Assembly: GCA_012862495.1 (NCBI GenBank)
Contig: BLSG01000375.1
Location: 124,001-188,000, forward strand
Origin: Thraustochytrium aureum
Lineage: Eukaryota
Length of the DNA: 64,000 nt
Direction: 5' to 3'
Both the position numbers and the translations under genes were made by a program. The notes beneath the pieces were generated by a model, which saw only the letters and a list, made by a program, of their open reading frames with translations, had not been told where the DNA came from and ran no database searches. Positions 46,066 through 59,100 of this stretch are shown in pieces; the stretch's first letter is position 1, and each line of letters opens with the position of its first letter.

Positions 46066-46704
46066 TTAAAAGAAGTTGTTGGCTCCGTCCGGCACAGTCA
46101 GCCGAAGCGGCGGAGCGGACGCGTCCAACTTGATCTGGCAGCCCAACCTGGAGGTTTCCCGAGGCTCCCAGGCGAGGTCGAGCATGTCCTGCTCCGCCTC
46201 TTCGGGCGGATTCAAGTGCGCGAAAGACTCCGGGTCCACGTAGACGTGACATGTGGAGCAGGCCATCACACCGCGACACGCGCACTCGATGTACTCCGCG
46301 AGCTCGGTCTGCGCGGCAACGAGGTCGAAGAGCGAGTCGCCGTGGCGCCCTTGCACTTGAAACGAGTGGCCCGACTTTGGCACATCCACAGTCACCGTAA
46401 CCTCCTGCAGCCCCGCCCTTTTCTCCCCTGCCGCGATCTCCTGGTCAATGGCCTTCAGCAGGCCCTGCAAGCCCTCATCCCCAATCTCCTTGAGCGTGCC
46501 GAGCAGCTCGGTCTCGCTGCTCCCCACGCCGGCCTTCCTGAGCGCCTCGACTGTCCCTTTCGCCTGCGCCTCCGAGATCCCTTTCGTCTCCACGAGCCAG
46601 TCCACGGCCTTGCTCGCGAGCCCCGCCCAGCCCACCTCGCGTCCAGCCAGCCTACACAGGCCCTGGCGTCCGCATCGCGACCCTAGCCGCGCCAACCCCA
46701 GCAT
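46066..46704 (-). CDS. Mitochondrial adrenodoxin-type 2Fe-2S ferredoxin with an N-terminal extension
   Basis: ECACRGVMACSTCHVYV, EQDMLDLA, SRLGCQI. The Arg-rich N-terminus MLGLARLGSRCGRQGLCRL looks like a mitochondrial presequence. Confidence 0.9.
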   Translation of the reverse strand: MLGLARLGSRCGRQGLCRLAGREVGWAGLASKAVDWLVETKGISEAQAKGTVEALRKAGVGSSETELLGTLKEIGDEGLQGLLKAIDQEIAAGEKRAGLQEVTVTVDVPKSGHSFQVQGRHGDSLFDLVAAQTELAEYIECACRGVMACSTCHVYVDPESFAHLNPPEEAEQDMLDLAWEPRETSRLGCQIKLDASAPPLRLTVPDGANNFF

Positions 46705-46797
46705 CCTCGCCCTCAGCTGCTTCGAACGGCGCCTGCTGGTCTGCTGGATGGTAGGCTGTCGCTCATTTTTCACCAATACAAATTTCACCAATACATG

Positions 46798-46928
46798 ACT
46801 GCTGCCGCTGCTGCTGTTGCTCCTGCTGTTGCTCCTGCTGCTGCTGCTCCTGCTCCTGCTCCTGTTGCTGCTGCTCCTGTTGCTGCTGCTCCTGTTGATC
46901 CTGTTGCTGCTGCTGCCGCTGTTGCTGC
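46798..46928. repeat. Imperfect (CTG/CTC/TTG)n trinucleotide-based tract
   Basis: ctgctgccgctgctgctgttgctcctgctgttgctcc... over ~130 bp. Confidence 0.85.
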
Positions 46929-47148
46929 GTTTGGTGGCTCGAGCGGCGTGGTGTTCATGTGGCGTTGGGGCGGCTGCCTCCTGGGCGTTCGTTCCACTGG
47001 CGTTGGCACATGGATGGATGGGTGGAACTACGCGCGACAAATGACTCGGTGCGGCCCGAAACCTGACGTGCCTGCGCTTGACAGAGGCCGCGTGCTGCTG
47101 TGATCCCAGACCGGCCGGTCGCCCAGGAATCACACCACTGGTCACGAG

Positions 47149-50100
47149 ATGCTGACGAGCATTCCGGGGCTGGCACGAGACCTCCGTGAAGGCCTGAAGC
47201 GCTCGCGGATCCAAGGAGTCGCACCAAGCAGCCGTCCTCCTGGCGAAACAGGCCAAGAAGACCAGACGATGCCTGCAAGCCCCTGCCGCCCGAGGCCCTT
47301 CGTGGACGGCAGGAGGCCCAGACGTTGCCTGCGAGGCCCAGCTGGCCCCGATCACGGAGGACCACCACGAAGGGCGGGAACCCCAGACGATGCCTGCGAG
47401 CCCCAGCCGCCAGCGGCCTCGATCACGGAGGACCGCGAGCGGCTNNNNNNNNNNNNNNNNNNNNNNNNNNNNNNNNNNNNNNNNNNNNNNNNNNNNNNNN
47501 NNNNNNNNNNNNNNNNNNNNNNNNNNNNNNNNNNNNNNNNNNNNNNNNNNNNNNNNNNNNNNNNNNNNNNNNNNNNNNNNNNNNNNNNNNNNNNNNNNNN
47601 NNNNNNNNNNNNNNNNNNNNNNNNNNNNNNNNNNNNNNNNNNNNNNNNNNNNNNNNNNNNNNNNNNNNNNNNNNNNNNNNNNNNNNNNNNNNNNNNNNNN
47701 NNNNNNNNNNNNNNNNNNNNNNNNNNNNNNNNNNNNNNNNNNNNNNNNNNNNNNNNNNNNNNNNNNNNNNNNNNNNNNNNNNNNNNNNNNNNNNNNNNNN
47801 NNNNNNNNNNNNNNNNNNNNNNNNNNNNNNNNNNNNNNNNNNNNNNNNNNNNNNNNNNNNNNNNNNNNNNNNNNNNNNNNNNNNNNNNNNNNNNNNNNNN
47901 NNNNNNNNNNNNNNNNNNNTGCGTCTGCGCATACTATCGGGTTGGCAAGGCGGGGTCTTCGCCGTCCACTAGCCAGCCCCCCCCATGCCGCGGCGAGCGT
48001 CAACCTCGAGCGAGCTCTCGATCGACGACGACGGCCTCGTGGACGACGAGCTGACTGCTAGTGAGGGCGAGGGGGCGGAGGAGAGCGAGCCAGTGCGCGC
48101 GGCCTCAGGGCGCGGGCAGCGCCGCCCGAGCCAATCCAGCGAAACAAGTCTTCGAGCTGGCGCCGCGGCGCCGCGAATCCGCAAGTCAGAATCGGTGTTT
48201 CGGCGCGTCTCGGCCCTCTTGTGCCACCTGCTGGGGCACGTCTCCGTGATGCTGAGCATGATCCGGGAGCCGGACAGCGGACTCGGGGCGCTTTTCCGCC
48301 TCCTGCGGGAGACGCGCGCAAACCTAGAGCTCTGTAGACATGCTCAGCGCCTTGTCGAAGGGGGCCATCCCGCCAGCCGTGCTGGAGCACATCCGCGACA
48401 AAGGCATGCTTTCTGCGCTAGTTGATTCTGTGGCCGCCCTCGACGAGGACGAGGGGGCCCGCATGCTCGGGTCTGTCGTTCGCCTGTTGTTAGCCTCGTG
48501 CAGAACGTCGCAAGTCCTCTTGGACGACTTTTGCGCTGCCGGCGGCTACGTAGTGCTGTACCAGGCGCTCTGCGCGCGGCCCGACCGAACCGAGGAACTT
48601 CTTACAGACGTTCGCCAGCTCGTCTACCTGGGCCAAGGGCTACGCCGCCGCGGAGGAGGAAGCCAAACAACTTGGGCGTCGTGCACTCGGTGTACCTGGC
48701 ACGAAACGAGCCCGCCTTTGCCGTTGTGGCAGCCCTTTGTGCCACTTGCAATACGGCATCTGCGACAACGACACGTCGGCGAAAAAGGTTATCGCGGAGC
48801 GCTTTGCGTTCTCTTGGGCGCTGCTCTCGCCGGCCAAGGGGAGGCCAAAGACCAAGCGCGGAGCGAGCGCAGAGGTCGACGACCAAGGCTACATGCGCCT
48901 TCTCCAGGACACGAGTGTAATTGTGCGCCCGGAGACCTTGCGCTTGCCTCTGTTGCACTGTGTTCTCACCGTCTTCTCCTCCAATCCTGTCAACTACGGA
49001 CTACTTGACGAAAAATTTGGTGTCATGTCAACGCTGCTCATCAGCCTCGGCGCCTCGCTGGCAGTCCACGACGAGTTCCTTTTCATGGTCATCAAACTCC
49101 TCGAGCTCATCTCGATGGGCATGGACTACCGTCCGATGCCGCTTTTGGAAACGATTTGCCAGGTCACCCTGCCGACACTGCTCCGGAACCGCCACCGGAC
49201 GATCGAGATCATTACGCGCAAAGACGCCACGCTGAGCTACGATCTCGGCGACGACGAAGAGAGCGAAGAGAGCGACGGGCCGAGTCCGCAGCCCTTGCTG
49301 CCGAGCCTGCTCCGGGGGAGCCTCTCGAGCAGCCGCTCGGCGGGGCCGCACCGCCCGGCCCGCAGCCTACTCCGGCCAGGCCGTCTATTGCAACTAGATT
49401 CACGGCCGATCGCGCGGCGCGCGGCGCCAGCTCGTCTAGCCTGGCTCTGCACAGCGAAAGCGGGGCCCAAGCGAGTCGCCCGAGCGAGCTCCAGCGCGCC
49501 GCAGGCGCCTTCGTGACCCAGGTCATCTGCAAGACGCTGATCAAGATGGTGCGCAGCGACGACGATTACAAAGACCTGCTGAGGGATGCCGGTCTATTCC
49601 GCGAGGCCCTCGTGCCTTTCTTGCAAAAGGCCTCGCTATCCAGTCCAGAAACCGATCCGGAGCTCTTCACCCTGCTGCCAATCTGGAGCATGCTCCTATG
49701 CGACCTCCTCCTCGGCAACGCAGCGAACGAGGCCGTCCTGCGCGACCAAGACATCCACACAACGCTCTACGACCTCGTTCCTCGCTCGCCGAAGGCAGTG
49801 CTTGGCGTGCTTTTGCAGCTCTCGCGCTCCGATTCGGCCTACCTGGAACAGGACCTCTCCGCCTTGCTAGAGTTGGTTCAACAGGCCAAGCAAAAGCGCG
49901 AGCTCGAGTGCGAGATTCTCTCTGCCATAGTGCAGATGATGCGCAAAAATCACAAAGTCAAAGACTTGCTGCGGCGCTTGGGCGGCTTTGAAAGCTTGCT
50001 CGCTGTGCTGCTGTCCCTCGAGTCGAGCTTTGAAAGCTCGCGGTCCGAGCACGATCAACTCGTGGCACTTGGTCTGATGGAGCACGTGTTCCAGGCCTTC

Positions 50101-53100
50101 ACAATCGCGATGACGGGCAACCACATCGCGAATCGGACATACATGCGCGAAGAGATCCGCTACGAGTCCCTCTCCTCGACGTGCCAGCTCATCGGGATAT
50201 TCGGCTCCAAGCACGACGCCCGACTCGTCGACATGGTCCTCGACTGCGTCACAGAAGCAGTTGCGGTGCATGCCCTCTCTCTTCGGCGCAGCTCGTCTGC
50301 TGGTCTCACCACCTCGACCTCGCCACCGTCGCCATCGACAGCATCGCCGTCGCCCACATCACCGGGGACCACAGAGTCGTCGACGCCTGGGCTTGGGCTC
50401 GCTGGGCGCCCTCACGTCCCACGCGCACCCCGCATCCGCAACGCGGATGCCTTTCAGGTGCTCACGATCAGGTTGTCTCTTCTGAGCCAAGCCGGTCTCG
50501 AGCGACTCCTGGAGAGGGTCGGGAGCATGGTCGAGGGGCAGGTGGGGGAGCAGGCAGCAAACTGCGAAATCCTCTCCCAAACGCTCGTTCCCAAGCTCTT
50601 GGACGAAGAGCTCTTCGATACGGTTGTTTGCGACTCCTCGCACCCGCTGCACGACCTCGCCATAGCCCTCTTTGGCGCCTTGGCGCGGCACCAGTCCACA
50701 TCGAAGACCATCACGCGTCAATTTGACAAACTGTTTTGGGCAATCAATAACGGCGACGACGCCTGTGCGGAGGCGATGCTGCGACTGCTCAACATCGCGA
50801 CAGGCGCAAACGCGATGGGCTCCAAGTTCTCCTGCGCGTACGTGCAAATGGCAGGACCCAGCGATGTCTTCCTACTCGCAGGAACACCAGGCCAAGGAGG
50901 CGCAGAGCCCGGCTCGGCCCAGCCCCGGAAAGTGATCAGCCCAACCAGCCAGATGTCGTTGGTGCAAGAGAACGCCCCTGGCAACTTGCACATCGCCGGA
51001 CTGGGCAAGCGCAGCTGGCCCCCAGCCATTGGCTACTCGCTCTCGATGTGGGTTTGGCTCGGCGAGGACGTCGGGGAGGAGATTCTCCTTGCATCTGTGC
51101 GCAACTCTGACGGCCAGCAGCTGTTGCGTGTTACCCTCGAGTCTGGGAACGCCATCCGCTGTGTCACGTGCGGTGGAGGAGCCGCCGCAAGCTGTGGACA
51201 GCAGCAGGCCGGGCTTCGGAGCGGTCGCGGCAACTGGATCAAGCGGCGGCATCTCAGGACTTGCTGCGACTGCTGCCGCTCGGGCCAGCAACGGCGAGCT
51301 GAACAAACTGTCTATGGCAGCTATGGCGGCAGTCATGGCCGCAGCGGAAGCTAGCGCCTCGTTCACTTCCGCGCTGCAGCCCAAGGGCAGCAGCAGCAAG
51401 AAGGAGCAGGCGCTGCGGCAAATGCAACAGCAACAGCAACACCAGCAAGGCTCTGATATCAAGCAGCGCATCGTCAACAGCATAGCGCCAGCATCAACCG
51501 TGTTTGCGGGGCTTGGCCTGTGCCAGGGCCGCTGGCACCACCTTCTTCTCGTGCACAAACTGCAGAGCAACCTCAACATTCTTTTGGACAAGTCGATGAA
51601 TGGCCGGATGACGCTATTCCTCGACGGACAGGAGATCGCGACGCAAAAACTGCCGTACCCAGCGTCGATGCCGAACGGGGGGCTCAAGACGTCCCTGTTT
51701 GTCGGCGTCGATCCTATCCTCGCAGCGACGCGGAGGCCCTCGGACCCCGTCCGGTACTGGCGCCTTGGGCCGCTCCAATTGCTGGACGTGCCAAAGGACG
51801 CAGCTGTGGCGCGCGCGCTCTTCCTTCTCGGCGTAGGCTACACCGGAACGCTGGCGAGAAGCTGCGCGACCTTGCGTGACCCGCGCAGCTTCACGACCGT
51901 GTTGCTCGAGCGCCTCGCCTCGTACGAAGAAGGTCGGCCAGTGGAGGAGCAGACCGCGGTGGTTGAGTACCTCAAGCGCCTCGGATTGCCGGACGCCTGC
52001 TGGAAGGACCTCTTGCAGAGCAGCTTGACGTTCTTGCACGCCAAAGGCTCGGTTGAGGCCGAGAATGTCGTGTTTTCGTTTTTCGCTGGCCGCAGGACCA
52101 CGCTCGAAGGCTTCGAGAGTATCGACGCCAAGAGCCTGATTGAGAAGAACATTCGCGAGATAGACGTGCCGCGGACGGTGCTCATAAACAGCGAGACCTG
52201 GGGGACCCCTGGGTCCGGGCAGCAACCCATCTTAGCCGTCCTCGGAGGCGGGGCGTTCGCAGTCACGCCCCTCCCGCTGAGCGACACAATCAAGAGCATT
52301 GGCGGCATTCCAGTGACCCTGCGGCTCCTCGAGCTCTGTCGCGAGCCGCACGTCGTCCTCACGGTCCTCGAGCTCTTGCGCAACTTGCTTGCTGGCCACG
52401 AGTACAATCGCTTTTCGTTCCGGAAGAACGCCGGGCACAATGTCCTGGCCTGGCTCCTTTTTGGGATTGCGCGGCATCGCCATGAGCTCTTTACGCCCCC
52501 GGTTTTCGAGGCAATGCTCAACCTTGCTGTTCTCGGTTCTGGCCGCACAGCTGTCATCGTTGACCCGGAAATGCTGCACCAGCTCGTTCTCAATCATCAG
52601 GTCTGGCGAGGCACAGAACGGTCGAGCTACCACCGGTGGCGATTTGTGATCATCATTCTCCAGTGGCTCGGAAACCTCGTTGACAAGGACAATATCAATG
52701 TCCGGCTCAACCTGGACGCGCTCCACCGCCTCAACATCATAGACTGGGCGCTCGAGATGATGCTGTCTCTCGCCGTCGACATCCCCACGGACGACAGTAT
52801 CGTATCCGATGTCCTCGCGGCCGCGCTGCAGTTCCTGCACAACATCAACAAGCAAAAGCTTGTGCGTCGCTCCATGTTTGAGCTTTTCAAGCACATCCTC
52901 GTCTCGCTGCCCGTGCAGCATACTGCAGCTGAAGTGCCAGAGGCTTCCGTTGCTGCGAAAGCGGGGCGGGAGGACTGGCACCCCCCAGATGCCCCGAGCC
53001 TGCAGGTCAGTCCAGCGCGTAGAGGCGGCCCCTCAGGTTTGTCGACGACCGAGGCGCGGGGTGTTGAGCCGTTCTCGGCTTCAACTGGAGCCGAGGCAGA

Positions 53101-56100
53101 GCCGAGCACAGCAGGGCCGCCCGTGGTCCGTGGAACTGAGCCAGATCTGAGCTCAGCAGAGCCACCCTTGGCTCCTGGAGCTGATCCAGATCAAGCAGAC
53201 GCAGGTCAAGATGGTGCGACCCAGAGGACTAGTCCATGCCAAGACGCCGAAGACATGGATAACCCGGTGCTGGTTATGACGCCGCCTCGGCCGCCTCCTG
53301 TAGATCAGCAAGGCAGCGCGAGCTTGGCGCAGCCTGAGCGAGCCGCGGAGAGTGGGACGTTTGGCTCGGCAGCCCAGCCGGCGCGACCGACGGCGGCAAA
53401 CACTGGGGTCGGCGGTACGCTTGAGATTCCTCGCTTGCAAACGCCTGGGTCCCCCGGGCACAGGCTGTACCCGCTGACCCCAAAGCGGCGTGGGCGACGT
53501 CGCACGGTGACCGACCTAATGATGGACCAAATCCAGCCCTTTTCCAGTCAGGCCCGCAGGGACAAGTTCATTTCGGACGACATTGTGTCAGCCAAGGGGG
53601 CAGAGATTCTGAAGAAGGTGCGATGCATGCTGTTCGAGCTGTTGCTCGAGCTACCAGAGTCGCCCCCGCCAGGCGCTGACGAGGCGCGGCACCGTATGGC
53701 CATTTATAGCGTGTACGCTGACATTCTGTCCGTGCCGTGGTTTGCCAGCCTGGTCAATCCGGCGCTGGATAGCGACACCTTTTTGCTGGCGATGCGGCTT
53801 CTTGTGGACGTCTTGCAGCAGAGCCCCGAGTTTGCGCGGCACTTTATCGTCACCGGCGGGTTCGCGATGGTGAGCTCTGCTGCTGCGCTTCACGCAGAGC
53901 TTCCAAGCGTGCTCTTCTCGCTCGTTGTGCTGCTGTATGGTATCCCAAGCTCGCTTCTGGGCCCCCCGATTCGGCTGAGGTCTGCTGCGGCGCAAGAGCA
54001 CCACGACGGAAATGTCCACTCTGAGACTCCGCTTTTACACGCCGCGCTTCGGCCCTCGCGCGCTAGTGGGCTCTCTCTCGACGGCCGAATCAGCAGCTTT
54101 GTGAGCCCGGAGGTGAAACGCCGCCTTTTGAGTCGCAAGACGACGGTCGAGTCTGACACCAGCGCGCAAGTCCTCGAGACCGACCTTGTGGCCAAGTTTG
54201 ACACGATGACGAGCCAAATCTCTGAAATCGCGCCGCCCACGTGGTACCTTGACGTCTACGCGTGCATTTTAGCCTTGCTCAAGCCGCTTATTTCGAACCA
54301 CCTCGAGGCTGACACAGACGAAGACGAGCACGGGGACGTTGCACCAAGTCTGGCAGGTGACGGCGCTACACCTGGTAGTGCTGTGTCGCGCCGCGCGCAG
54401 TGGACTGCGCCGCGATGTCAAGCGTTGTGCGTTGACGTGTTTCGCCTCTTCAAAAAGACGGTCGAGTCGTTTCCAAGCAGCGCCTGGGTATTCACCGGGA
54501 CGCGCGCGCTCGAGATTAGCTCGGATGCCATCTTCGACGAGGCCATGACCATCGAGTTTGAGACAGGGCCCTGTCGAGAAGGGGACGCTGGGGTCTTTAC
54601 CGGCCCAGTTGCGCAAGAAGCCATCTCCCTGTACGTGGAGCTGATTTACATCGCCCTCTCGGAGGACTCTGGGCGGCGCGGGAGCGTCACGCCTGGCTTG
54701 GGCGGTCTCGGTGGCTCAGGGTCGAGACCGCCGTCGTCCGACGGCCTTCGCGCGTCGTTCTCGTCGAGTTCTCTCGGCAGCGGCGGCTCTGTGGCAGCAC
54801 CTGGCGCGGGCGGCGGGGACTCAACTCTGAGTGGTTCCAACCGCATGATCAGGGCGCCGCCAAAGCCCGTGAAGGACCCCCGCAAGGTACTGGAGGCCAT
54901 GATGAACTCGTTTCCGGCGAGCTGCGCCCCGATGCATGGACTGTGGTTCCAGGCCGCACTGGTCCAATCGTTGCTGCCATCTCTGACGCTGCTGCTGGAC
55001 GACGCGACCTGGACGGCTCGGGAGAGCTCGGGGTCTATGATGAAGCTGCCACATAATGCAGACCCAGCGAAGCTCGTTTCGTTGGTTTGCTTTGTGGCAG
55101 GCCGCGCCTCGTTTGGTTGGGTGCCCAATGCGGAGCACACCGTACTGGAGGTGATCGTGCAGGCTTTCCGCTGCATTGTCAAGGCGGAGCAGAACAGCCG
55201 CATTCTGCGGTGCATGCGCGGCCTCGTGTTGTGGAGCGTCTACACCGCGCTGGACAACGAGACGCTCCAGGAGAATGTCCAGTTGGTGCGGGCTGTGCTG
55301 CGCAACTTTGACGCCCTGAGGATCGATACGTTTTACAGCAGTTTGGTGCCGACTCCGCGCAGTTCGCCAAGCGAAGGCTACCGAGAGCCCTACGTCCAGT
55401 CCTCGATGATCCCGAGCCCACTGCGCCAGCACTTCAACTTGTACGACGAGACCGCTATTTTCGTTTTGTGCGCAATCTACCTACTTTTGAAGCAGGTCGA
55501 GGACGGCTCTGCTGGGACAGAGGGGTGCGCCGCAGCGCTCGAGCTCGTTGCGACGTTGCTCGACGGGAAACGCAGCCTTCTCATGCATGACCCCGGCTTG
55601 GCTGCCCTTTTGCAGGGGCTCGAGATGCCCCCAGCCAGCGATCCTGGAGTCGGTGGTGCCGGCGCCGGCGTCGCGGCGCCAAGCGCGGCGGTCGTTGAGG
55701 CAGGCTGCGCCTGGGTCAAGGGCCCGCACTGGCAGGCTTGTGAGCCGTGGCTTCGCAAGCTGTGGATGCACGTGCAGCGCATCGAGCTGTTCGGAAGCCA
55801 CCTGCAATGTGGCCTGCTGAACATGCGAAACGTCAACCCAGGTCTACACCGGCCGCCAGGGAAGCGCGGCATGCTAAAGTCGGAAATCGAGTTCATGCAA
55901 GGATCGCGCCGGGAGCGGCATGACGCCTTTCTCGCTGCGCAGATCTCGACTGCGGTTCTCCTCGGCCACGAAGCGAGGGACCTAATGTTGTCGACACAGA
56001 AGGAGGCTGTCGAGCGCCATCGCCGTTGGCAGCGCGTGGGGCTCGAGCGTTTACTCCGTGGCAAGCGCGTTTGGAAGGCGCAGGGGGACACCTTTCTGGG

Positions 56101-59100
56101 CGGCGTGCACAGGTCCTTTTTCTTGGGCGGGGAACAGGCGGGCGCTGCGAGCCAGGACAAGGCTGGCGACTGCGCCTACTCGAGCGAGGTGCGGTGGATG
56201 CTCGACTGCAACGAAGGCAAGGACCGCATGCGGCGGCGCGTGGAGACGCACCTTGCCTTTGCNNNNNNNNNNNNNNNNNNNNNNNNNNNNNNNNNNNNNN
56301 NNNNNNNNNNNNNNNNNNNNNNNNNNNNNNNNNNNNNNNNNNNNNNNNNNNNNNNNNNNNNNNNNNNNNNNNNNNNNNNNNNNNNNNNNNNNNNGGTAGC
56401 GCCACTGGAAACGGCGCGGGCGATGAGCAGCAGCCCGACCGGGCTAGAGGATGAGCTCAACCTGGTGTTGCGGAGCATACGGGCGCCAAAGCGAGCTGTT
56501 GCCTCTGGCCGAATTCGGAGCCTCACTGAGGTTGAAGATGGCGATACCGGTCAGAGCGGCCGCTTTGATGTTGCCGGGGACGACGAGGACGGCGACGGCC
56601 AGCACATGCCGAAGGATGCGCCACACGCAAAGGCTTATCGCGTGCACCGCAAGGCCCTCAGCATGTACATCTCTTCTTCAGCGATGTTCGACGAAGATTC
56701 TGGTGGCGAGGGCCACGACGCGGAGGAAACTGCTGACTCGCCGCAGGAGCACGATGGTGTTGAAGCGACGAATGCCTCAGGCGGCGTGTCCGTGGCAGAC
56801 GCAGGCGATGGGGGGGACTGGATTCGGTGGTTGAGCTCGATGCCGAAGCGGAGGATTTTGAAGATGATTCTGGCGATTCTGATGAGGCTGATCTCGGTGA
56901 GGATGACGAAGAGGATGGAAACGAATCCGTCGTGGCCGTGGGCTTTGGCGCTGTGGATGCAAATAGGGAGGACAGCGAGAGCGGCGGGTCCTTCCAACCC
57001 CCGGGTGTGCGTGAAAGTGCCAAAAAAGCCGTGGCGACAGTGGGAGTATCGTGGAGGGTTCGGGGAGGTTTGCAGCCCAGTATGCCAGCCCCGCTGAGGT
57101 GCACGTGGAGGGCCGGGATGCTGGAGCTGCCGTGGCGGCAACGCCAGGCGACGGTGGAGCAGAGGCGGCGGCCAGCCGCGACACCGACGACGCATTTCAA
57201 GCGTCGAGTGGGCCAGAAGCGCAAGGCCGTGAAAGCGACGGTGACGGTGCATGCTCTGATCCTGCGTCGAGCGCAGTATTTGCCGCCGCAAACCAAATCA
57301 GCTCCAGCGCGGCACCTACTCCGGCTATTGTGGAGCAAGAGCCAACTGGCGCTGGGGGCGCGCCTCCTCGTTCGTCCACGCCAGTGCCGAGCGACCTGGC
57401 AGGTGCGCAGGTGACCGTTTCGATCGAAGACGAAATGGCAGCGCTTGGCTGGGAGAACGCAGAGCGGATTCTTACCGAGCTGGACCAGGGCGACCACAAG
57501 CCCGAACGGAGCTTGAACTGCTCGGAAGTGACCGGCATGGAGGCATCGCAAGGGGTTTGCTTGGTTTGCCCAAACGGCGTGTATTTTGCGAGCAACTACG
57601 AGGTCGCAGAGAACGGCGCCGTTCTAGAGTTGCGAAACACGGTGACTGCTTCAACTTGCTTCGACGTAGCCGAGGTGGACGGATACCTTCGCGTGCTCGC
57701 GCGCAGTGGGGTGGCGGAAGCCGGCCCCGGCGCGGGCGCCTGGGTCGAGTCTGGGTCACCAAAGTCGCTCAGATCTGACGATGGCCGCACGGGGCCGAGC
57801 GGCGCGGGCGCGCCTCCGCCTGGTGACGCCGCCGTCGCGCACAGGTTCGTCAAGCTACGGTACGAGCATGTCCGCGAGGTGTACCGGCGCCGCTACATGT
57901 TTGCCGAGGTTGGCCTGGAGCTCTTTGCGGTGGACGGGCTCAACTTCCTTTTGGTCTTCAGCAAGCCCGAGGACCGCGACTGGGTATTCACCAAGATCCT
58001 CTCGCGCGAGTTGCCGAACTTGGTGATTTCCAAGTCTGCGGAGATGCAGGGACTTGCGCAGTCGACCTTGATGAACCCAGACGGCCTTTCTCTGGGGGCC
58101 CTGATGGCGCCCTGGCGGCGCTTCCGCGCTTCTGTGACGCGCAAGTGGCGGGATGGCGAGATCTCCAACTTTGCCTACCTGGTGTACCTCAACACTCTCG
58201 CAGGGCGCTCGCATAACGACCTGACCCAGTACCCAGTGTTCCCCTGGGTTTTGCGGCAGTACACCGAGGATACTCTCGACCTTGACGACCCTGAATCCTA
58301 TCGAGACCTGAGCAAGCCGATGGGTGCGCTCAACCCTGAGCGAGCTCGGCAATTCATCGAGCGGTACAACTCCCTCGCTGGCGTCGCCGACGAGACCCAA
58401 ATCAAGCCGTTCCACTATGGAACGCACTACTCGTGCTCGGCGTACGTGTTGCAGTTTCTTCTCCGGCTGGAGCCGTTCACGCAGATGGCGCTCGAGCTGC
58501 AGGGGGGGCAGTTCGACAGGCCCGACCGGCTGTTTCACTCTTTCGCGCAGAGCTGGCGGAGCGTTTCGGGAGAGGACTTTAACGCCCAGGACGTGCGCGA
58601 GCTGATTCCCGAGTTTTACTACTTGCCAGAGTTTCTCCAGAACAGCAANNNNNNNNNNNNNNNNNNNNNNNNNNNNNNNNNNNNNNNNNNNNNNNNNNNN
58701 NNNNNNNNNNNNNNNNNNNNNNNNNNNNNNNNNNNNNNNNNNNNNNNNNNNNNNNNNNNNNNNNNNNNNNNNNNNNNNNNNNNNNNNNNNNNNNNNNNNN
58801 NNNNNNNNNNNNNNNNNNNNNNNNNNNNNNNNNNNNNNNNNNNNNNNNNNNNNNNNNNNNNNNNNNNNNNNNNNNNNNNNNNNNNNNNNNNNNNNNNNNN
58901 NNNNNNNNNNNNNNNNNNNNNNNNNNNNNNNNNNNNNNNNNNNNNNNNNNNNNNNNNNNNNNNNNNNNNNNNNNNNNNNNNNNNNNNNNNNNNNNNNNNN
59001 NNNNNNNNNNNNNNNNNNNAACCCGGACGAGATCGACGACCCGCTCGTGCGCAAGGCGACACTGGCGCAGATCCACAACTTTGGCCAAACCCCGCGCAAA

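Noticed and set aside
46795..47103. Poly-Leu, poly-Ala/Pro or poly-Ser ORFs
   Set aside because: These are translations of a trinucleotide repeat upstream of the ferredoxin ATG, with no other coding evidence.
4580..57100. Calling the frameshifted genes pseudogenes
   Set aside because: Essential genes (ORC1, RFC) are affected while their motifs stay intact on both sides of each break, which fits sequencing error.
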